Below are positions 8,862-17,654 of a DNA stretch of 46,206 nt, in pieces (position 1 is the stretch's first letter; each line of letters starts with the position of its first letter). The stretch spans positions 47,276 through 93,481 of the forward strand of contig JAAVAA010000069.1 in NCBI GenBank assembly GCA_014804285.1, in the 5' to 3' direction. The position numbers and the translations under genes were made by a program. The notes beneath the pieces were generated by a model. That model was not told the origin of the DNA, did not search any database, and saw only the letters and a program-made list of their open reading frames with translations. This stretch comes from Lachnospiraceae bacterium. Its GTDB lineage: Bacteria > Bacillota > Clostridia > Lachnospirales > Lachnospiraceae.

Positions 8862-8862
8862 A

Positions 8863-8991
8863 ATGTCGGAGCAGATCGAAAACAGCATGGTAGTTGATGG
8901 TTACTGGAATGAAATTGAGTATGGCGTTCCTTCCAGTAACCGTCTGAAAAGGGAAAGAGAAGCCTATGAGCAGGTGGAAAGAGAGGAATAA
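8863..8991 (+). CDS. Small hypothetical protein (42 aa, MSEQIENSMVVDGYW...)
   Basis: Manual translation; exactly fills the gap between neighbours. Confidence 0.55.
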   Translation: MSEQIENSMVVDGYWNEIEYGVPSSNRLKREREAYEQVEREE

Positions 8992-8992
8992 T

Positions 8993-9895
8993 ATGAATGA
9001 AGTACAGACAGTTATAACATTAGAGAGCGCGAAGATCTCCTGTAACTTTGGACAGGTGGAGGAAGCAATACAAAAGGTACTCTCGGAGTATAAAGGTGCC
9101 GTATTTACGGAGGACAGCAAGACATATGCAAAGAAAGTGGTTGCCAGTTTACGTGCACAGAAAAAGACCTTTCAGGACAACCTGCGAGAGGAAAAGAAAA
9201 AGTATATGATCCCATGGGAAGAATTTGAAGCCCAGGCAAAGAGACTGATCGGCATGTATGACGAACCTATTGATCTGATCAATGGACAGGTGCAGGCCTT
9301 TGAAGAAAAGCGGATTGCTGAAAAGAAGGAACTGATAAACAGGCTGTATGCTGAAACCGTTCCGGCAGATCTGGAAGAATACCTTCCCCTCGAACGTATT
9401 TATAATTCCAAATGGGAAAATGCGACCACGAAGGGAAAGGATATCCGTAAGGAAATGTCGGAAACGGCAGAAAAGGCGAAGCGGGATATTGATACCATAA
9501 GCAGTATGGAATCAGATTCTACAGCCAAGGCATTATCCATGTACAGGGCAAATCTCGACCTGACAGAAGCAATTTCTTACATAAATAATTATGAGCGCCA
9601 GAAACAGGAAATTCTTGCAAAAGAGCAGGAGCGAAAACGCCGTGAGGAAGAGGAACGCATACGCCGTGAGGAACGTGAAAAGATTCTTGCAGAGCAGCAG
9701 GCAGAAATGGAGAAAAACGCTGCTGTTGAACAGGCGAAAGCGGAAGCAGCACAGGAAGTCGTTGACAGCCTTATTCCGGAGGAAAGCGGAGAGTCAGAAC
9801 TTTATGAGTACCGCATTTCTCTTTCCGGAGATGCAAAGATGAAACTGGAAATGTATATGGACAGTGTAGGGATTGAATGGGAGCTGATTCGATGA
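8993..9895 (+). CDS. DUF1351 family coiled-coil protein
   Basis: ISCNF..Y...VFTED..AKK.VA.L, YNSKWENAT; sits upstream of the recombinase. Confidence 0.75.
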   Translation: MNEVQTVITLESAKISCNFGQVEEAIQKVLSEYKGAVFTEDSKTYAKKVVASLRAQKKTFQDNLREEKKKYMIPWEEFEAQAKRLIGMYDEPIDLINGQVQAFEEKRIAEKKELINRLYAETVPADLEEYLPLERIYNSKWENATTKGKDIRKEMSETAEKAKRDIDTISSMESDSTAKALSMYRANLDLTEAISYINNYERQKQEILAKEQERKRREEEERIRREEREKILAEQQAEMEKNAAVEQAKAEAAQEVVDSLIPEESGESELYEYRISLSGDAKMKLEMYMDSVGIEWELIR

Positions 9896-10563
9896 GTGAA
9901 GAAAAAGTGCCTATGATCTATTCCGCTATCTGCGGTGTGATGGAAGATATTGGAGTGGTTGGAAAGGGTGACTACAACAAAATGCAGGGATTTAAGTACC
10001 GTAGTATTGATGCGGTTATGAATGCCCTTAACCCAGTCATGATCAAGCATAAGGTGTTTTGTACGCCGGAAGTCCTTGAACAGAGCCGTGAAGAGCGTAC
10101 TACTTCAAAAGGTGGCTCATTGATCTATTCCGTATGTCGAATGCGCTACCGTTTTTATACAACGGACGGTTCTTTTGTGGATGCAGTTGTAGTCGGGGAG
10201 GGCATGGACAGTGGAGACAAGGCAACAAATAAAGCTATGTCGGTAGCTTTTAAATATGCCTGCTTTCAGACTTTCTGTATTCCAACGGAAAACCTTATGG
10301 AGGATCCGGACAGTGAGACACCGGCTGAAAGCACAAAAAAGCAAAGTGCAGGAAATAATGAAGATAAGAAATCCCAAGATCAGGAAATGGAAAAGCTGTT
10401 TAAGCAGCTTACAGAGGAACTTATCCGCACGGGATACGGAGAAGGCTCAATCATAAAAACCTATAATGTAGAAAAAATGCAGGATCTGTCAAAACTGCAG
10501 ATTAAAGATGCCATAGGAAGATTGAAAAAGTGTAGTGACAAGCAGACGCAGAATGGGAAATAG
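9892..10563 (+). CDS. ERF-family single-strand annealing protein
   Basis: QGFKYRSID, GEGMDSGDKATNKAMSVAFKYA. Confidence 0.85.
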   Translation: MSEEKVPMIYSAICGVMEDIGVVGKGDYNKMQGFKYRSIDAVMNALNPVMIKHKVFCTPEVLEQSREERTTSKGGSLIYSVCRMRYRFYTTDGSFVDAVVVGEGMDSGDKATNKAMSVAFKYACFQTFCIPTENLMEDPDSETPAESTKKQSAGNNEDKKSQDQEMEKLFKQLTEELIRTGYGEGSIIKTYNVEKMQDLSKLQIKDAIGRLKKCSDKQTQNGK

Positions 10564-10565
10564 AT

Positions 10566-11150
10566 ATGGAATGCAGAGGAAAGATAACCGCAATAGCACA
10601 AGATTTTGAGACAAAAGGTATTCTTGTAACCCTGTCACTGGCCAATGTGTCAGTGCAGGAGTTACAGATTCTTAAAGCAATGGAAGAATTGTCTGTTTAT
10701 CTGAAAAGATACCGTGAAAAGAGATCACTTGATGCTAATGCTTATTTTCATCTTTTAGTCGGTAAACTGGCGGACAAACTGAGTATTTCAAAGATCCGCT
10801 GCAAGAATATCATGATAGGAAGATACGGACAGATGGATTTTATAGACGGTCAGCCCATCATGATTAAAACGCAGATCCCGGTATCGGACATGTTGGAGCA
10901 GGAAAATCTTCATTGTGTATCCTGCGGTGGGAAAACAGAGGAGAATGGATTGCAAACCTATTTTTACCGGGTATATAGGGGTTCTCATACCTATAACACG
11001 GAAGAAATGTCTATTTTGATTGATGGTGTAGTGCAGGAAGCCAAGGAGCAGGGGATTGAGACAACAACACCAGATGAGATTGAACGGTTGAAAAGCTTAT
11101 GGAAAGGTGGAAAGAATGGCCAGAAAACTAAGGAGTGTAATTCAGAATAA
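10566..11150 (+). CDS. NinB/Orf-like recombination protein
   Basis: KRSLDANAYFH..GSHTYNTEEMSILID..EAKEQGI pattern. Confidence 0.7.
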   Translation: MECRGKITAIAQDFETKGILVTLSLANVSVQELQILKAMEELSVYLKRYREKRSLDANAYFHLLVGKLADKLSISKIRCKNIMIGRYGQMDFIDGQPIMIKTQIPVSDMLEQENLHCVSCGGKTEENGLQTYFYRVYRGSHTYNTEEMSILIDGVVQEAKEQGIETTTPDEIERLKSLWKGGKNGQKTKECNSE

Positions 11151-11415
11151 TTTGGAAACCTGCTTTGTAACAGGATCACCTAACGTAGCGGTTCACCATA
11201 TTTTCCCGGGGAAGGGACGCAGGAAGCTGTGTGAAAAATACGGTTTTCTTGTAGCACTGGAACCGAGATACCATAACATGAGCAGTTACAGCGTCCATGC
11301 GGTTCCGAATGCTGGTCTTGACCTACAGTTTAAGCAGATGGCACAAAGTTATTATGAAGAAAACTATGGGTCAAGACAGGACTTCATAAAAGAGTTTGGA
11401 AAAAGTTATTTATAA
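11116..11415 (+). CDS. HNH-like small nuclease-fold protein
   Basis: CFVTG..HHIF..H..VH pattern; follows the NinB-like gene. Confidence 0.6.
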   Translation: MARKLRSVIQNNLETCFVTGSPNVAVHHIFPGKGRRKLCEKYGFLVALEPRYHNMSSYSVHAVPNAGLDLQFKQMAQSYYEENYGSRQDFIKEFGKSYL

Positions 11416-11570
11416 ATGGTTGAAACACCGCATTTCCGGAATGTCCGGGAAGGAAAAGAAACCCGTAAACTAACGCATAGTTCATGCAGCATATCACGGA
11501 AGCCATGAATTGCGTCTATCAGATTATGGAACTATGTCTTCCCCCCAGATATAGTTCCATGATACCTGAG
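11415..11570 (+). ncRNA. Candidate structured RNA upstream of the replication genes
   Basis: Three stems: TTCCGGA/TCCGGGA, ACGCA.AGTTCATG/CATGAATTGCGT, ATGGAACTATGTCT/AGATATAGTTCCAT. Confidence 0.5.
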
Positions 11571-11589
11571 GACAGAAGAAAGGAAAGCT

Positions 11590-11694
11590 ATGGACAGTTG
11601 TATTTATAACACAGGAGGCTTTTGTTACAAGAATAATAAGGACTGTCAATATATCGGAGATGAAGAGAACTGTGAAGAATCAGAAGAAAGTTAG
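11590..11694 (+). CDS. Small Cys-rich peptide (34 aa, four Cys)
   Basis: SD GAAAGGA; MDSCIYNTGGFCYKNNKDCQYIGDEENCEESEES. Confidence 0.5.
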   Translation: MDSCIYNTGGFCYKNNKDCQYIGDEENCEESEES

Positions 11695-11707
11695 GTGAGG
11701 TAATTAC

Positions 11708-12478
11708 GTGAACTATATAGCCGAAATAAAAGCATTCTACGATAGGCTCGAACTAAATCCGCTGCCCTCACCGGCCATCGTCTTATGGCATGCGCTTATG
11801 TCCATAGCGAATAAAACCGGTTGGCAGCAAGAGTTTACGGTAGCCGTATCAGTCCTGGTGCTGAAATCGGGATTGAATGCACAGGCGATCAAGAGGGCGA
11901 GGAACCGCCTTGAACAAGATGGGTTTATCACATGGCGTTCCCGTGGTGGAAACCAGTCTGCAATCTATCATCTTAATAGTATTGTGGTACAAAATGATGC
12001 TAGAAATGTACCACAGTGTGAACCACAAAGTGAACCACAGACCGACCCACAGAGCGTACCACAGTGTGAACCACAAAGTGAACCCATTAATAAACATAAA
12101 CTAAACAAAACAAATATCCCCCCTATATCCCCCGTGGAGCGTTTCGAGGATTTCTTGTCTGCATATCCGAAAGAATGTAACAGGTATCTGACAGAGACAG
12201 CCTATATTGATTTGCTGATGACCGGGAAGCTGACAGAAGAGGTGCTCATTGAGTGTGCACACAACTATGCGGAAACGTGCAGGATTCTCAAAACGCAGGA
12301 AAAGTATGTCAAGAATGCGGAAAATTTCTTGAAGGAACTCGTGTTTGAAAAATATCTTCCGGGAAAGTACAAAAAGCCGAAAGGGGAAACAAAACAGCAG
12401 GGGCAGTTTAATCAATTTCCTCAGAGAAATTATGATTTTGAAGCACTTGAAAACGAGTTACTTAAGGAGCAGATATGA
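11708..12478 (+). CDS. Phage replication initiator (N-terminal wHTH, internal iterons)
   Basis: MNYIAEIKAFYD..LWHALM..RARNRL; internal PQ repeats; C-terminal QRNYDFEALE. Confidence 0.8.
   Translation: MNYIAEIKAFYDRLELNPLPSPAIVLWHALMSIANKTGWQQEFTVAVSVLVLKSGLNAQAIKRARNRLEQDGFITWRSRGGNQSAIYHLNSIVVQNDARNVPQCEPQSEPQTDPQSVPQCEPQSEPINKHKLNKTNIPPISPVERFEDFLSAYPKECNRYLTETAYIDLLMTGKLTEEVLIECAHNYAETCRILKTQEKYVKNAENFLKELVFEKYLPGKYKKPKGETKQQGQFNQFPQRNYDFEALENELLKEQI
12008..12084 (+). repeat. 12-bp iteron array; probable phage origin
   Basis: About six ACCACA-containing units at 12-bp spacing inside rep, followed by an A-rich tract. Confidence 0.7.
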
Positions 12479-12660
12479 AAATAATAAAAGCTTTGGCGTA
12501 TATAATGGCCTGTCTGCTGCTGTGTATTGTATGGTTTATAACCTTTGCACTAGGGTACATACTGCAGCATACATGGGAATGTGTTCCTTGCATTGCAGTT
12601 AACTTTGTAATCAGTGTGATTCTATCAAAACTGATCTGTAACGAGGACACGGAGGTGTGA
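12475..12660 (+). CDS. Small two-TM protein
   Basis: SD AAGGAG; coupled to the rep stop; hydrophobic. Confidence 0.55.
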   Translation: MKIIKALAYIMACLLLCIVWFITFALGYILQHTWECVPCIAVNFVISVILSKLICNEDTEV

Positions 12661-12662
12661 TT

Positions 12663-12824
12663 ATGAGTGGGCTGACAGATCGAGTAATAAGAGATATTAA
12701 GTTTGAAAAGGGTGAACAATTCTCTACAAAGTTCATAAGGGATTTTGACCGAAGATGGACACAGGTAATAAACAGGCTTAAGAGATCAGGAGCGGATTTA
12801 TCCATTCCTTTGGCAAAAAGATGA
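12663..12824 (+). CDS. Small basic hypothetical protein (53 aa)
   Basis: SD GGAGGTG; MSGLTDRVIRD...LAKR. Confidence 0.55.
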   Translation: MSGLTDRVIRDIKFEKGEQFSTKFIRDFDRRWTQVINRLKRSGADLSIPLAKR

Positions 12825-12843
12825 TCAGAGAAAGGAAAAAACT

Positions 12844-13524
12844 ATGAAGAAATATGAATTTACAGGTGAAACAAAGAAGACAGGTATTTTTGGAGATATA
12901 ACGGTAAGAAGAATACGGGCTACAGTAGCATTCGGATTGATTGAAGTGGGTGATCTTGGTGGCTGGATTGAGAAAGAAGAAAATCTTTCCCATGAAAATA
13001 ATGCCTGGGTCTACGGTAATGCCGAGGTCTGCGGTAATGCCAAGGTCTGCGGTGATGCCTGGGTCTACGGTAATGCCAAGGTCTGCGGTGATGCCTGGGT
13101 CTACGGTGATGCCGAGGTCTACGGTAATGCCAAGGTCTGCGGTAATGCCAAGGTCTGCGGTGATGCCAAGGTCTGCGGTGATGCCGAGGTCTACGGTAAT
13201 GCCAAGGTCTGCGGTGATGCCGAGGTCTACGGTAATGCCAAGGTCTGCGGTAATGCCGAGGTCTGCGGTAATGCCGAGGTCTTTTCAGCAAGACACCTTC
13301 TGGTTATCGGACCGATCGGAAGCAGAAATGCTTTTACTACATTTTTCAGGGACAAAGACAAAGAAATAACCGTCAGATGCGGTTGTTTTCTGGGAAAGAT
13401 TGACAAATTCTTAGAAAAAGTTCAGCAGACACACGGAGAGAGCAAATATGCGCTTGTCTACAGAGCAGCGGTGGATATTGCCAAACTTCATATAGATCTT
13501 ACAGAGGAAACAAAAGAAGAGTGA
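12844..13524 (+). CDS. Phage hexapeptide-repeat (left-handed beta-helix-like) protein
   Basis: MKKYEFTGE..GDLGGWIEKEENLS, G[ND]A[KEW]V[CY] repeats, VRCGCFLG C-terminal domain. Confidence 0.85.
   Translation: MKKYEFTGETKKTGIFGDITVRRIRATVAFGLIEVGDLGGWIEKEENLSHENNAWVYGNAEVCGNAKVCGDAWVYGNAKVCGDAWVYGDAEVYGNAKVCGNAKVCGDAKVCGDAEVYGNAKVCGDAEVYGNAKVCGNAEVCGNAEVFSARHLLVIGPIGSRNAFTTFFRDKDKEITVRCGCFLGKIDKFLEKVQQTHGESKYALVYRAAVDIAKLHIDLTEETKEE
13015..13284 (+). repeat. 15 tandem 18-bp coding repeats
   Basis: GGT(A/G)ATGCC(AAG/GAG/TGG)GTCT(A/G)C, plus a partial unit at 12997. Confidence 0.95.
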
Positions 13525-13542
13525 TGTGATCAGATCATGATG

Positions 13543-13596
13543 GAAAGGAGCCGAACCTCCGGCCGGGGTAACGCTATAGCAGGTTCCTTTTGAGAG
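13543..13596 (+). promoter_or_regulatory. Conserved structured leader, copy 1
   Basis: GAAAGGAGC..CCGGCCGG..TATA..TTCCTT; homologous to 14713-14762. Confidence 0.6.
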
Positions 13597-14709
13597 ATGA
13601 AAGAAGTATATAAAAGCAAAGTTTATACAGAAAGACCTGATTACGCTGATTTTAATTCTCCAGCGAAGTTTATGGCAATTCAGAGTATTGTTGTAAAACG
13701 ACTAAGAGAACACCCGAACGCTATTTGTTCTTATTCAGGTGGAGCAGACAGTGACATTATGATTGATATCATAGAGCGGGCAAGGGATTTATTTAAGCTT
13801 CCGCCAATCAAATATTGTTTCTTTAATACAGGTCTGGAAATGAAAGCAATCAAAGACCATGTGAAAGACACGTCCGAGAAATACGGAGTTGAGATTGAAG
13901 AACACCGACCGAAAGTTGATATTGTCACGGCATCCAGAACATATGGAATTCCATTTGTATCAAAAATTATGTCTTCTGGATTATCAGAATGGCAAAAGAA
14001 GAACATTCCACTGTCGATTGCGGAGGAATATGAGCAGGCAGACGATAAAGCGGCGAAGCGGAAAGAGCTGAAAGAACGTTATCCAAAGTGCGAAAGCGTA
14101 ATTAATTTTCTCTGTTGCTGCAACTCTTCGGGTGAACCAAGACCAGATATCCAGCTTGTAATTAACTCATCAAAATATATGCGTGATTTTATCGGGGAAT
14201 ACCCGCCGGATTTTCAGATTAGCGCAAAGTGCTGTGATTACTGCAAGAAGCAGGTTGCACATGATGTGCAAAAAGATTATGACATGATAATCACAGGTGA
14301 GCGTAGAGCAGAAGGAGGTATGAGGTCGGTTCCACGCAAAGATAATACCGCATTGTGTTTTGGAGAACAAGGAAACGGTCAGTACCGGCTGCGTCCGCTG
14401 TACTATGTTACAGACAGGGACAAGGCATGGTATAAGGAATATTACGGCATTAGGTATTCTGATGCTTATGAAGTTTATGGCCTGACAAGGACAGGCTGCT
14501 GCGGATGCCCGATATCGCATAAAGCAGTGGAAGATCTGGAAAAGATCCGTCCATATGAAACAAATGTAGTAAAAGCTGCATGGAATGTATTTGGGAAAAG
14601 TTACGAATACCGTGCGAAATACAATATGTATAAGGCTGATAGGCTTAGGGCTGATCAGGAAGAAAAGAAAAACATAAACGGGCAAATGAATTTATTTGAT
14701 TTTATTTAG
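13597..14709 (+). CDS. PAPS-reductase-family (PP-loop, Cys-rich) protein
   Basis: SYSGGADS PP-loop, CCDYCKK, TGERRAEG, RTGCCGCP. Confidence 0.85.
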   Translation: MKEVYKSKVYTERPDYADFNSPAKFMAIQSIVVKRLREHPNAICSYSGGADSDIMIDIIERARDLFKLPPIKYCFFNTGLEMKAIKDHVKDTSEKYGVEIEEHRPKVDIVTASRTYGIPFVSKIMSSGLSEWQKKNIPLSIAEEYEQADDKAAKRKELKERYPKCESVINFLCCCNSSGEPRPDIQLVINSSKYMRDFIGEYPPDFQISAKCCDYCKKQVAHDVQKDYDMIITGERRAEGGMRSVPRKDNTALCFGEQGNGQYRLRPLYYVTDRDKAWYKEYYGIRYSDAYEVYGLTRTGCCGCPISHKAVEDLEKIRPYETNVVKAAWNVFGKSYEYRAKYNMYKADRLRADQEEKKNINGQMNLFDFI

Positions 14710-14712
14710 AAA

Positions 14713-14762
14713 GAAAGGAGCAAAAGCCCGGCCGGCGAAAGTGTATACAGCTCCTTGGAAAT
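14713..14762 (+). promoter_or_regulatory. Conserved structured leader, copy 2
   Basis: GAAAGGAGC..CCGGCCGG..TATA..GCTCCTT; homologous to 13543-13596. Confidence 0.6.
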
Positions 14763-17270
14763 ATGAATTATCAGGAATTTTTACAAAGCAAGATAGAGCT
14801 TGCAACAGAAAGCGGATTTGAGATTGAACCTTGTAAATTAAATAAAGCGTTACTGCCTCATCAGCGAGATGCAGTTGCCTGGGCGCTCCGTGGAGGAAGA
14901 AGGGCATTATTCGAGTCATTCGGACTTGGTAAGACTGTACAGGAAATTGAGTTCTGTCATCAGGCAGCAAAGCATGAAGACGGGAAAGCACTTATTGTTC
15001 TACCTCTTGGTGTAAAGCAGGAATTTTCTAGAGATGCAGTAGAGCTTATGGGATATGACAAACCTCAGTATGTACGGACTATGCAGGCGGCAAAGGAGGC
15101 AGGAGGAAGACTCCTTTTGACCAATTACGAAAGGGTGCGTGATGGAGATATTGATCCGTCATATTTTGTGGCAGTTTCATTGGACGAAGCCAGCGTGCTT
15201 AGAAGTTTTGGAAGCAAAACATATCAGACATTTCTTGATAAGTTTAAGGGAGTCAAATACAAGCTGGTTGCTACGGCCACGCCATCACCGAACAAGTATA
15301 AAGAGCTGATCCATTATGCCGGTTATCTGGAAGTGATGGATACCGGACAGGCTTTAACACGATTCTTTCAGCGTGATTCATCGAAAGCCAATAACCTGAC
15401 ACTCTATCCGAACATGGAAGATGAGTTCTGGTTATGGGTGTCAAGCTGGGCGCTTTTTATAACCAGACCTTCCGATCTGGATCCGGCATATTCCGATGAA
15501 GGGTATGAACTGCCCCCGCTGGAAGTAAGATGGCATGAAATACCGATAGGGTATGGAAATGCACAAGACAAAGACGGACAGATTTCTTTGTTTTCCGAAG
15601 CGGCAGCAGGATTAAAGGAAGCAGCGGACGTGAAGCGGGAAAGCATTGAGCAGAGGGTTCAGAAAATGAAAGAGATTGTGGAAGCGTCACCGGAAGATCA
15701 TTTCCTTTTGTGGCATGATCTGGAAGCTGAGCGCCATATGATCAGGAAGGAACTGCCGGATACCATAGACATTTACGGTTCCATGGATTATGACGTCAGG
15801 GAAAAACGTGTTATAGATTTTTCAGAAGGAAGAACAAGGCTGTTTGCTACGAAAAAATCATTATCCGGATCTGGCTGTAATTTTCAAAAGTTCTGCCATC
15901 GTGAGATCTTTGTAGGAATTGATTTTGAGTTTAATGATTTTATACAGGCCATACATAGGTGTTACCGATTCCTTCAGAAGAATCCTGTGATTATTGACAT
16001 TATCTATATGGAGAATGAACGCCGGATCAGGGAAGTTCTGCTGGAAAAATGGAAGAATCATGATCATATGGTCAAAAAGATGATCGAGATTGTAAAGAAG
16101 TATGGATTAACCAGTGCGGATAAAACGGAAAGATTAAAGCGGAAGATGGGAGTAGACAGAGTGAAAGTAGAAGGAAAACACTATACGGCGGTGCATGATG
16201 ACTGTGTGGTAGAAACAAAAAGAATGGAAAGTAACAGCGTGGGGCTGATCCATACCTCAATTCCTTTCGGAAATCATTATGAATATTCTGCAAATTATAA
16301 CGACTTTGGCCATAACAAAGACACAGAGAAATTCTTTGAACAGATGGATTTCCTTACACCGGAACTTTTCAGGGTGCTGCAGCCGGGAAGAGTAGCAGCA
16401 ATTCATGTGAAGGACAGGGTTCTGTTTGGAAATGCAACCGGAACCGGAATGCCTACGGTTGAGCCATTCCATGCATTGTGTATTGAACATTATATGAAGC
16501 ACGGATTTCAGTATTTTGGAATGATTACAATAGTGACCGATGTAGTCCGGGAAAACAATCAGACATACCGCCTGGGCTGGACGGAGCAGTGCAAAGACGG
16601 ATCTAAGATGGGGGTAGGGTGTCCGGAATATATTCTTTTGTTCCGTAAACTTCCCACGGATCGTTCAACAGCGTATGCAGATGTTCCGGTGGCAAAATCC
16701 AAGGAAGAATACACGAGGGCACAGTGGCAGATAGATGCACATGGTTATTGGAGAAGCTCCGGTGATAGGCTGGTAAGTAAAAAAGAGCTGGAAAGCATTT
16801 CTGTTGACAATCTGCAGGCAGTCTACAGGAAATACAGCAGGGAGCATGTATATGATTATCATGAACATGTGGAACTTGCAAAAAGACTGGACGAAAAAGG
16901 GAAACTGCCAGCTGTTTTTATGGTAGTGGCCCCGGGGAGCTGGAATAATCTTGAAGTTTGGGACGATATCAACCGAATGAAAACGCTCAACACAAATCAG
17001 AGCAGGCACCGGCAGCAGATGCATGTCTGCCCGCTTCAGATTGACATTGTAGAGCGTATCATAAACCGGTACAGCAATGAAGAGGATGTGGTTTATGATC
17101 CTTTCGGAGGTCTTATGACCGTACCGATGACAGCGGTAAAAATGGGAAGATATGGGAAGGGGTGTGAATTGAATCCGGATTATTACAGAGATGGAGTTGG
17201 ATACCTGCAAGCAGTAGACGATGAAAAAGATGCCCCGACATTGTTTGATTTTCTGGGAGATAAGGCATGA
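14763..17270 (+). CDS. SNF2-like helicase fused to an N4/N6 DNA methyltransferase domain
   Basis: GLGKT, LDEAS, TATP, QAIHRCYR helicase motifs; C-terminal TSIPF, HVCP and YDPFGG..GCELN in beta-class MTase order. Confidence 0.85.
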   Translation: MNYQEFLQSKIELATESGFEIEPCKLNKALLPHQRDAVAWALRGGRRALFESFGLGKTVQEIEFCHQAAKHEDGKALIVLPLGVKQEFSRDAVELMGYDKPQYVRTMQAAKEAGGRLLLTNYERVRDGDIDPSYFVAVSLDEASVLRSFGSKTYQTFLDKFKGVKYKLVATATPSPNKYKELIHYAGYLEVMDTGQALTRFFQRDSSKANNLTLYPNMEDEFWLWVSSWALFITRPSDLDPAYSDEGYELPPLEVRWHEIPIGYGNAQDKDGQISLFSEAAAGLKEAADVKRESIEQRVQKMKEIVEASPEDHFLLWHDLEAERHMIRKELPDTIDIYGSMDYDVREKRVIDFSEGRTRLFATKKSLSGSGCNFQKFCHREIFVGIDFEFNDFIQAIHRCYRFLQKNPVIIDIIYMENERRIREVLLEKWKNHDHMVKKMIEIVKKYGLTSADKTERLKRKMGVDRVKVEGKHYTAVHDDCVVETKRMESNSVGLIHTSIPFGNHYEYSANYNDFGHNKDTEKFFEQMDFLTPELFRVLQPGRVAAIHVKDRVLFGNATGTGMPTVEPFHALCIEHYMKHGFQYFGMITIVTDVVRENNQTYRLGWTEQCKDGSKMGVGCPEYILLFRKLPTDRSTAYADVPVAKSKEEYTRAQWQIDAHGYWRSSGDRLVSKKELESISVDNLQAVYRKYSREHVYDYHEHVELAKRLDEKGKLPAVFMVVAPGSWNNLEVWDDINRMKTLNTNQSRHRQQMHVCPLQIDIVERIINRYSNEEDVVYDPFGGLMTVPMTAVKMGRYGKGCELNPDYYRDGVGYLQAVDDEKDAPTLFDFLGDKA

Positions 17271-17286
17271 TAAACGGAGAGATGAC

Positions 17287-17646
17287 ATGAAGAAAAAGAC
17301 AGTAAAGGATCAGTTGCAGAAATACAGGGAATCAATCATAGAAAGGTTGGAACATTGGAAACACATTAAAAAAAACGGCTGTAATGACCCCTTTTGGGCG
17401 GATGGCTGCAATATGAACTTGATACGGAACCATATTATCTATTATAAGGGCGAGATTGCACAGATCTGTAAGGAAAACAGATTGGTGTTGCCGGAAGAAT
17501 ACTATATTCCATTGCCCCCTGAGGTTGATAGTGGATACATGGCAAAATTGGATCAGAAAGAACGTGTGCAGAGATTCAGGCAGGAAGGGAGAAAGCTAGT
17601 GACCAAAAAGATAGAGTATGATGAAACACAGTTGAGCTTGTTTTAG
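17287..17646 (+). CDS. Conserved phage protein ending in QLSLF
   Basis: GCNDPFWADGCNMNLIRNHI..PPEVD; start placed at MKKKTV. Confidence 0.7.
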   Translation: MKKKTVKDQLQKYRESIIERLEHWKHIKKNGCNDPFWADGCNMNLIRNHIIYYKGEIAQICKENRLVLPEEYYIPLPPEVDSGYMAKLDQKERVQRFRQEGRKLVTKKIEYDETQLSLF

Positions 17647-17654
17647 GAGGAAAA

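Noticed and set aside
13015-13284. Repeat array as CRISPR
   Set aside because: Contiguous 18-bp units without spacers, in frame within a protein, and no cas genes
12920-13369. Alternative-frame repeat ORFs (RRPWHY and AVMPRS)
   Set aside because: Shadows of the 18-bp repeat; the GNAKVC frame has the RBS and recognisable flanking domains
13597-14709. cysH as an auxiliary sulfur-metabolism gene, or a complete Dnd system
   Set aside because: Context is DNA replication and modification; no cys or other dnd/ssp genes in the window
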